From: Ramazzottius varieornatus
Taxonomy: Eukaryota > Animalia > Tardigrada
Assembly: GCA_001949185.1 (NCBI GenBank)
Contig: BDGG01000004.1
Location: 4,249,777-4,313,776 of the forward strand
Length of the DNA stretch: 64,000 bases
Direction of reading: 5' to 3'
The notes under the pieces are model-generated. The model had not been told where the DNA came from. It ran no database searches and worked only from the letters and a program-made list of their open reading frames with translations. A program made the position numbers and the translations under genes. Positions 54,920-64,000 of this stretch are shown piece by piece; within the stretch, counting starts at the first letter, position 1; each line of letters starts with the position of its first letter.

Positions 54920-55643
54920 TAGGCTTCCTACGTAACCGTTCCTTTATCATGCGCATCGGCAACCTTCTTTCTGCTCTAACCTAGATTAGACACCTTGCCT
55001 TTTGTGCAGATGGTTTGAACAAATAACTGTTTGGCCAAACAATTGCATTTAGAGATGTCTAAAAATTTACAACTAATAATTCGCTTTGCGATTCACGAAA
55101 CGAAGGGGGAGGGCTTCATTCCTGAATCCTGAAGGAACCTCTCATCCGGTTACAAACGTCTCCGATTTGCCTTAAGTAATATTCTGGCGTGCAGAACGCA
55201 TTGGGAAGCGTAGCTGATGGCCGGATAGCGCAGAGTGATCGCTCCGAACAATAGGTCAGGCAGGATTGCATTTGAGGTGGCTCTTTCTTAATAATTACTG
55301 ACAGGCAAAATATCACGACCGGCTTTCACACTTTATTCCATAGTTTATCTCAAACTACCACGAGCTTTGCAACTCCTCAAAGATGTCAGCAAATGCTTTT
55401 ATAGACCATAAGTTTTGAAATCAACAGGTTGTTGTTTGTTGATTCATCTGCGCAATTCCAAGGACCTTACTCTCGTCTTATTTGACCTGCAGAACGTGAC
55501 CATCCCTTCTTACCGGCTAAAACAACCAACCATTTTTATTTAAAAAAAATTCAGGACCCACAGTATTTTGTAAGGAGGGCACCAAGCTTGGGAGACGAGA
55601 TTTTGACACCCCGGCCCGCGCTTGAACGGTCCTATGGGACCTG

Positions 55644-57050
55644 ATGTTAAGTCTGGAGATAAGGCTAAACGCGCGCGGACTACAGGGTGAACGGTCAGGC
55701 CTAACGCCCTCCGACCAGCCCAAAGTTCGCACTGACTGGACTGGCTTAGCGCAGCACATAGTGGGTCCTCTGACGTCACACTTCACTTCTGCACAGTATG
55801 ATGGGACGTCAATGCTCCTCGACTTGACACCTGGCATGGTCGCGCAGCTAAGAAGAGCTCGCACGTTCCAACCACAGGCGGCAAGGTGCGACCCATAATC
55901 TAATTCACTTCGAGAGAACTTAGAGGAGAACAAAGCGGTATGCAGTAGAACCGATGACAAGAAAGCTAGAAAAACCTTGGCTGCAAGAATGCGTCGGACG
56001 GTCAGGCTGCTATACGTCAACAAGCTCCCCACCTCCCTTCAGTCGCTCCTAAGGTCGAAACGTCGAAACATGGGGGTTTCTGGAAAATATTCGAAGATTA
56101 AGACTGAAAACCCTTCACCGTTTCTCGCGAGCGAAATCACAGAGTTTTTTTCCCGTGTTATGGGAGGACCCGTCGGACCTTTTCCGGTCGATGAAGCGAT
56201 ACAGCAACTCTTCCGATCGACAGTTCTCAAAACCTGCCATGAACCACTGACACGTGAGGAGCTGTTGGTAGCTGTTGCGAACATCCAAGCAAAGAGCTCC
56301 AGCGGACCAGATAAATTACCAACTGATCTTTACAAGCTACTACTTTATCACCACGACTTTCCGTCGCTGGTGCTGTCATATTTCAACGACATGCTGTACG
56401 ATAGTACCGTACCCCTCGAATGGCTCTTATCAAAACTCGTAACCATCCCTAAGAAAGGAAAAAGTGTCTCATTGGAGAACCTACACCCAATTTCCATCAT
56501 AGCGCCACCCATGCGGATCTTCATGAAGTTCGTTTGTGGAAGGATAATCTCATATCTTCCCCACGCCGCCCATCACTTTGGTTTCACAAGTCCTGCTCTG
56601 AAGGACTCTTCACATATGCGGCCGCAGTCAAGACCTGCCTGTCCACAAATAAATAATGTATAGCGGTCTTCCTCGACCACAAAGATGCCTTCGACACAGT
56701 TAATCGTGGTGCGCTGCTCACACTGCTTGACCTCTCTATGATGCCCCCTTCCCTTTGCAGAATTATCAAACACATTTAAAGTAACTCATCGTGCAGTGCT
56801 TTTGCGAACGGTGAATACGGGGAACCCTCCAGAATTTCAAGACGTGCAAAGCAAGGGGACCCAGCAAGGTCGCCTTGCTGCACGAACGATGTGGGGAGCC
56901 TCTCCATGCTCCACTTGCACGTCAGCGCAGACAAGCAAGGAGAAATTACTTCGGGCGATCGCCCAGTTTTCCTGCTGCTGCACGCTGACGATATTGTACT
57001 ACAATACTACTCTCGCTCTCTGCTGAGCACGCGCAGTTGACCATCAACCG
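55644..57050 (+). mobile_element. Degenerate non-LTR retrotransposon reverse transcriptase
   Basis: KSSSGPDKLP, VPLEWLLSKLVTIPKKG, NLHPISII, HHFGF, then frameshifted AVFLDHKDAFDTVNR, QGDP and LLHADDIVL motifs with stops. Confidence 0.9.
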
Positions 57051-57423
57051 CGTCAGTGTTGTTTTACTATGACTTTCCGAGTTTAACTTCTACTTACTGT
57101 TGATTAAAACTCCCCAAAACTGCCAACTTCTAATTACTCCCGGCGCCAAACTTAAGAAGTGAAACTTTTGCTTAATTGAAAGTCCGCGGTTTCCCGATTT
57201 AAATTTAGATTTAATTCACGGACCATCTGCGAAAATTTTAGTTCATGCAAACGGCTGGTCTTTGGCCGACATCGTTCCACCTAGTCTGCATACCGCAAAC
57301 CATGCAAAGCTCTGGGACGAACCTTTAAACAGAAGACAAAAATATCAGCATAGAAATTCCAAGCAACAAATCGATAAAATTTTGTACGACACATTGCAGA
57401 GTTTGCGTACTGTAGCTATATTG

Positions 57424-57475
57424 TGCTGTACTACACTGTACTGTACTGTACTGTACTGTACTGTAGCTGTAGCTG
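57424..57475. repeat. (TACTG)n pentanucleotide microsatellite
   Basis: About 6 perfect CTGTA units with degenerate flanks. Confidence 0.9.
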
Positions 57476-59718
57476 CAGTGCCAGTGGGGGCAAGCGAAAC
57501 GGTAATCAAATCTAGGGCATACCATGGACAAACATGCAGACAGTGGGTCTGTTTAAACGACGCACTGCACGTCATGTACAAATTTGCGGTAAAGTCACGG
57601 TTTTGTTTCGCTTAGTAAAATTGCTTTACTAAGTAAAAATACAGTGCTTCGTTCTTTTACTTCTTTATTTTACTACAGCCTGCTGGTTCGACTACAAATT
57701 ACTTTAAATTAGTTAGTAAAAGCCAGAATGGGGAACCGCAAATTTAAATTAGCATAGTAGAAGTCGGAAAAGCCAGTTTCGAGGTAGTTCTACTTCTAGT
57801 TCTACTAATTAAAACAACGCTGAACCGCGTCTGTGAATGTACATACTGGCGGCGGACACTACCGAGGACGCTATGGCGGTGGACACAGAGGGCGCGGGAA
57901 CGGACACTGGGGAAATGGTGGTGGCGGTCACGGTAAGCACGGATGACACAAGCGCGAGTATGGACAGATCGGGAACCCCCGCTCTGAACATCAAAGAAAA
58001 AACGACAGCGAAGTGAATCTCCTACATGATGACGCTGAAAAACGCAACCAGGAACCTGACCTAGCTCGATGCCCTCATTGCGATGGAAGGAAATAACGTC
58101 AGTTTCATTAGGACACGGATGAAGAATACGATTCCTCGGAAGAGCATGAAAAGACACTCCCAAGCCTTATTGACCAATAATCCAATGCCACTCTACAGAG
58201 GACAGGCCGCGAAACTCTTTGGCCTCGGTTAGCTAACTGGGGAAAGTGGGAAAGAGAACGGATAGCCCTGCTCAATGAAACACTGGATTCATGTGCACGT
58301 GGCTCCCGTACTGGAATCAGTGTCAGTCTGGAGAAATGTAATCGACAGGAACCTTTGCAGAAGAAACATCCAGCTACTCGAAGGTAGAATAATGGAAAAA
58401 GTAGGATAGTCCAGTAATAAGTTATGAGAAGAAAACCAAGTGCGGTTTGAAAATCGATTCTTTCTGCTCCCTCTTCCTGCTCCTGCCGCAGAAATGGTAT
58501 GAGGACATCGACGAGACAATGCGAACTTCTTCTGGTCTCGTTTTTAACATCAAAACATAGCTCGTTCTTCTGGCTAACCATCTGTCTTCGGCAAAATTCA
58601 TGTAGAATTCGAAACAGAAGTTTAGTTTGAAGAAATACGACGCGGAATGGTCATTGTCGCTAGACGAATGTCTACGAGTGAATAGAAAGTAAGGCTCCCC
58701 ACTTTGTCTCCCACTGCTGTTCTCTCTGTCCCCCTATCTTTTTCTACGCAGCGCGGCTTGTGTAGGGAGCGTACACTGCCACAGTTATTTGCGATACAAG
58801 CAAGTTTTATGACTAGTTTCACGGCCTGTCCCCTGTAGAGTGGCATTCACGGCCTGTAGAGTGGCATTGAATAATCATTCTCTTTGAATAGCGCACTATA
58901 TTAGCATCTCGCGGTATTATAAGCTCACCGTCCAGAACGATCATTAACCGATCTTGCAAACTGAATATCCTACCTAGAATTCAAGCTGAACCCTTCACGA
59001 TCGATGCTGACTTGTTATCGAGGAGGCCGTTGACTGGATTGTCGGGGCTGAAAATAAATCCCTCTCTCTATACACTAGGCACACCGGCGATGGGATGTAT
59101 GATCTGGGAAGACCGAATCGCATTCTGATTCACCAACCATACTACAAAGGCCACGCTTTGTGCGCGGTACATTACTTGGACGTTTCTTTGATCACTTAAC
59201 GGTTACATTTTGTACACGGTTAATCTATGACGTAGTGCGAAACACCACCAACTCTCGTATGACTCCACAAAGTGAAAGTTCTTATTTGAAAAATCTACCC
59301 CACGTAAAAAGTACCGACTGTGCCCTGTACCGGGTCGTACCGTATACAGGATCGTGCCGTGAACAAGGCCGTGCCACAACGAAAAGTAAAACACCAGAGA
59401 GCGCAAGCAGTCTCTCAGTCCGTTATCTGACATTAATGACCTCTCACAAGCATTCCACTTGTTAAATAAAGAAAGATGGAAACCCTGAAAATTCCTCGCT
59501 CGTTTTCGCATGAAAAACTGAGTGCGGCTGCAGAAAGCCAAGCTATACTCACGGAACACAGCTTGGTCGTTCCGTTCGTTCGGAAACGTTCAAACTCCTT
59601 TGAACGGCTAATCTTTAACGAACTGGGAAGCGACAGGGCTAAAACAGGCCCCAAAAGGCACCGCTAGTGCAGGTGCGGATTTTACTAATCACAATGCGTG
59701 AGAACCTCCGGAGTAAGA

Positions 59719-60146
59719 CTGTACCATTGACGACAAAAACATCAAAACATGCCCAGTCAAACGATCAAGAGAAGACCACATGACCACAGGGTGGTACAAT
59801 CAGAAGCCTTGATTTGACTTCCGGTGAAGCTAGCTGTTCAGCTTACAGCAGGTTTTTCTCTTTAAATCTCGACCTGTACCTCTTTGAATGCTTGTGAGCG
59901 CCGTAAGGAGAATGAGAGATGAGAACGTAAGCTGGGCAAAGATCGGGCAATATTTCGGAAGATCTCGGAGCTGGACACTGAATCTCCTCAAGGATCAGGC
60001 TGCTCCCGAGGATCAGGCTTGTGATTCTGACTGTGATTTCAGTAAAATCAAATCAAAGCTTCTGACTGTACCGCCCTGTGGTCATGTGCTCTTCTCTTGA
60101 TCGTTTGATTGGGCATGTTTTGATGTTCTTGTCGTCAATGGCACGG
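59719..60146 (+). mobile_element. Internally deleted DNA transposon (Tc1/pogo-like) retaining an HTH fragment
   Basis: About 100-bp TIRs (CATTGACGACAARAACATCAAAACATGCCCARTCAAACGATCAAGAGAAG..); internal ORF 59888 RMRDENVSWAKIGQYFGRSRSWTLNLLK is helix-turn-helix-like. Confidence 0.8.
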
Positions 60147-60489
60147 ACCTCTTACTACAGTTGCTCATCAGTGGCTACCTTTTGCGAGGCTGGCCTTCCA
60201 GCGGAGCCTTAAGATGAATCTTAAACCGCTTGAGTCATCATAGAAAGCTGTTCAGGCATTCTAAAGCCCTTGCATTGGGATAAACTATGGCAAGCTCGGG
60301 TCTATAGCATCGAGATCAAAGGATGGAAACCAAGGTTCATTAACAACTGGCGTAAAAAAGAGCCTATTTCAGTCAAATAATCAACTCAAGTAAACTGCGA
60401 ACTCCGCTCAGACCGGTGACCACGCTCATCGACCAATGGACAGAAAGGACGGGCTAATAAACCAGCTGCGACTGAACGGTCAACCTGTC

Positions 60490-60625
60490 AATGCCAATTT
60501 CTAGTAGCGGTAGTCAAACATAGCAAAACCAATGGCCAACCCCTAGTGCTCAACCTAGAAAGACCGATGGTCCAACACTAGTGGTCAAGACAGCGAGACC
60601 AACGGTCATCCACTAGTGGTCACCA
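60490..60625. repeat. Degenerate ~36-bp tandem repeat
   Basis: Recurring ACCAAYGGYCAAC..CTAGTGGTCAA units, 3-4 copies. Confidence 0.55.
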
Positions 60626-60974
60626 ACCTACCCACCCATCCACCCACCCTGACGATTGTACCATTGTACGATCATCTAGCTTCCTACCTAGTTACCCAGC
60701 CGCGTCGCTGCCGATTGTACAGCTGGCAGCACCAGTTACGCCATATCCCCATTGTCCAACCGGCAGCGTCATGAGAGCAATCAATTCTTTGTCAATCAAC
60801 TAGCTGCTTTCGCCAGTTGATTCGTCCGAATTTGATTGATCAGACACAATGTCATGATTCTGCAAAAACTAGAAAATTGGAAAAATCTGAAAAAATCGAG
60901 GAATCATCCTGAAAAGGATCAGGCTGTCTGGAGCTCGAGCTTCCTCTGATGAGTTTGCGATTCGAAGTCACTTT

Positions 60975-61369
60975 TAGACCTTGTTCTGCGCTGCACTGCA
61001 TTTTACTGCAGTGCAGTGCAGTTGCAGTCGCCAAAATGATGAGAAAATGCAGTTGCAGTGCAGTTTTGAAAAAGTGAGCACCGTTCATGGCAGTATGCTG
61101 TTGTGGGCTAGTAGTAAAATCGGTTGTTTTTGCATTTTCTGGCCAGATTCTACCGTTTTTCGGTTGAATCTCCGTAAAACAACGACGTTTACGTTGTGTT
61201 TGACATGCATTTCCGTTGGTGGGCAGAAACTCTTGATTTTTAAATGCAGTGCAGTGCAGTTGCAGCTTGGAAAACAGCACAGAATTGCAGATGCAGTGCA
61301 GCTGCAGTTTCTGGAAACCGGATGCAGTGCAGCAGCAGCACTGGTTTCAGCTACCGCTGCAGGGCTCTA
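60975..61369. mobile_element. hAT-type MITE with TGCAG subterminal repeats
   Basis: Ends TAGACCTTG / CAGGGCTCTA; 8-bp TSD GTCACTTT / GTCTCTTT (7/8); dense TGCAG arrays near both ends. Confidence 0.8.
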
Positions 61370-62512
61370 GTCTCTTTGGGTATACCCTGTTAATCGTGCA
61401 GTGCCTCCAAGTGGTGTTTCGAGAAGTGGACATCGTTGTTCCATTTTTATTCTCTACCAGTCTCTACCAGAGTTGAGAGTTGAGACCCGCTACGCGATCC
61501 AGCCGATTAGCTTAACTTCTCCGGGAGGTTTTGCAAAACCCCCATCAATGTTCCTAATTAATGACTTTTCGGTACGATGCGATGTCAAATCACACGAAGT
61601 TTCCAGTTCTGATACAGCAACGGAAAACCTGATATCGTGTTCCGACTGCTTCAAGTGAGACTTGATACGAAAAGCAGCAGTTAAAGGCAAAGTAAAATCC
61701 GAAAAGTGGCACAGTTGGAGACACAGTTCTTATTGTGGCAAAAGCCACAGTTGAAGTTGTAGTCTTCGTCGAACTTTCGAAGCCACAATTACCCCCACAG
61801 TCAAACTAAGATTTTCGTTGTTTTCTAGGCTGAAAAAGTCACAGTCAAGCGTGCAGTCGTTGCTACAGTTTGACGAATAACCAATAACCGACGTTATACC
61901 CTGAGAAATGCAGTTAGAGGGGCAGTTGGCACCTCGGTGGGACGTCTTGAAAGCAAATCTGAGGTGTTGAAAAACTTTTGGGAAGAAATACCCACAGAAA
62001 AGCTTAGTTGGAACGTTACTCGGATTTCTTACGCACTCAAGTAACGGCCCATATGCCTCACTCGGGAATTAAGCACCGAGCACATTAGTGGGTTCAGTCG
62101 GTTCGGCTCCGCCCACGTGCTCCCTTTGGATTGGCTCATTCCTACGCTAATCCGATTTTCTGCTCTGCTCGAGCGCCGTATCAACCTCTGGACTACGGTC
62201 GATCTGAATTGCGCATTAGTGCAGCTCACCGCAAAATTGCAAGCTCAAGTGCGCCGGTTGAACAGCTGTCAGCGTCAAGCCCGCATCGCCAATTTGCCCC
62301 CGGACTACAGCGCATTCAGAGGCTGGCACATCGGGCTTATTTTCGCAGTCTGCCTCTTACGATTGCGTATCATTGATCGTTGATTTCATGAGCAGTTGAA
62401 TTCGTAAAGCATCGCCGGAATTGAAGCCGAAGAGTTTTGAGTGACTTGGTGACACGTTCAGAATCCACCGCTAATCAGTGTTGTTCCACATTTTCATACT
62501 GACATCTCAATC

Positions 62513-64000
62513 ATGGTCAAGAATCAGAACAAGGGAAAGCGTAAGGCCGACACGCAGAAGATGGGTAAGAAGCCTTTCACGAGCACGTCTCCGATACAAT
62601 CCATCGTGGACTTGACCACATCCTCCGCGAATTGCGTTCCTCCACCGTCACCATCCGCTACCAGTTAGCTAAGCATTTCTGTTGAAGGTTGAAACATTTT
62701 TTCCAGAAGTTCGCAGGGGGAAGGAAGAAGAACTCGGAATTTCTTCAAATATAACGAAGAAGGCGATCATTCACCAAACGGAGCTGTAGGCTGCTCGAAA
62801 CAACTAACCGGCTGCTCTGCAGGAAATAACAGAGTTCATCTGCAGAATCATTCAGCAGCCTACAAGGGATACCTCGAACTGTTGGCAAAACAGAAAGTTG
62901 AAAAAAAGAATTCCGTTTCGGGAGTTTCCTCCAGACAAGTAAAACCATCCAAGGTAAATTGATTGATCGACTAATTTGGCCACTCCGATCTGCAAAGTCT
63001 GATCATTATTTGCAGGCATGACAGTACACCACAAATTTGATCTTTATGTTCTGCGGTCTATTCATGACGCTGAATGGGGTCGAAAGCGGAAGTTTCCACT
63101 ACTTCCACGATTCATCATCTGGACTACTGAGCGCCATTACCGACACGCAAGACTGTACGCGGCTTCACACACTCAACTGAGGAGCGACTCTGAAGAACCA
63201 TTAAAGATCTGCTGAACAATGCCGGCCAAATCTGTCTCACTACTGGTAAGCTTAATGGTTTTTTTGGGGAATTCCAAATGTTGGATCTCCAATCTGTTTA
63301 CTCCTCGTAGATATCTGGACCAAAAAAGGTATGACAGAAACATTCTTAGGGATCACCGCATGCTTCCCCAACAGTAAGAGTCATGTCAGACATCACATCC
63401 CACTCAGCTGTGTGTCATTTCCGTCTAGCCACACGGCAGAAAACATCTGCGTGTTGTTCAAACAAGAACTGACCAACTGGGGCATCAACCTCGAGAACGT
63501 GTCGATCGTCCAGACCGACAGTGCTGCGAATATGGTGGTCGCGTTCAAGATGCATGACACGAACCTTGACCAGTATGTCACCGACGCGGATGAGCTCAAA
63601 GCAATCGACGAGGCTGTGTTGCAGTGCATGATGGACCAGGACAACCCACGGGAGGATTACGAGGAAGCGGCGAAAACAGTAGAGGCGTTCGAGAAGTTCG
63701 AGGTGGAAGCCGAGAGCTTGTTTGAAGAATAAAAGGGATATCCATGTTTCATACATACGTTGCAGCTTGTCGTAGAGCCGTTTAGGGATAGCGAGCCAAT
63801 CAAAGCAGTAGTGACGAAAGTACGCAGTTTTGTCACGAATTTCAATTTGTCGAGTATCGCATCACCCGAGCTGGTATCGCGCACGAACGTGAAGCTAATA
63901 ACGGAGAATAAGACTCGTTGGTCGAGCACTTTGATGATGAATGAGGGATTGGTCAGAGTGCAGACTGCAGTCGAGTCGATGATTGTGGTGGAGAAGATCG
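62513..64000 (+). mobile_element. Disrupted, intron-containing hAT transposase (BED-finger type), truncated by the window edge
   Basis: Degenerate BED finger (FFKYNEE..GCSKQL..RVHLQNH), CLTT|DIWT across a GT-AG intron, FLGITA, HTAENI, TDSAANMV, CFIHTLQL, KTRWSST; in-frame TAA at 63730-63732 and earlier stops. Confidence 0.92.

Noticed and set aside
60490-60625. CRISPR-like spaced repeats
   Set aside because: Eukaryotic context, whole-unit degenerate tandem repeat, no unique spacers or cas genes.
60852-61476. Cys/Gln-rich ORFs on both strands
   Set aside because: Produced by TGCAG repeats of the MITE.

Overview
Compact eukaryotic (animal) genomic DNA with short GT-AG introns (mostly 50-100 nt). 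The style is consistent with a eutardigrade-like genome, but that is inference. Manual splicing recovers 11 recognisable protein genes: FRMPD4-like (runs off the left edge), SCOC/unc-69, a BBS7 lacking its N-terminal beta-propeller, COA5, GRXCR-like, Gab/Dos, calpain-15/SOL (catalytic Asn replaced by Asp), RNF121/175 (one GC-AG intron), LRRC51, LAMTOR1 and YIPF1/2 (long Ser/Thr tail). The gene-dense core (19-41.5 kb) is flanked by regions rich in MITEs/foldback elements, pseudogene debris, a degenerate LINE reverse transcriptase and a disrupted hAT transposase. Main points of interest: the propeller-less BBS7, the RNF121-LRRC51-LAMTOR1 order and orientation shared with human 11q13.4 within a wider ancestral linkage signal, the Cys-His-Asp calpain, and a spliced ORF-poor transcript divergent from SCOC with a possible intronic H/ACA-like RNA. 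All gene calls come from recalled family motifs; no database search was run.
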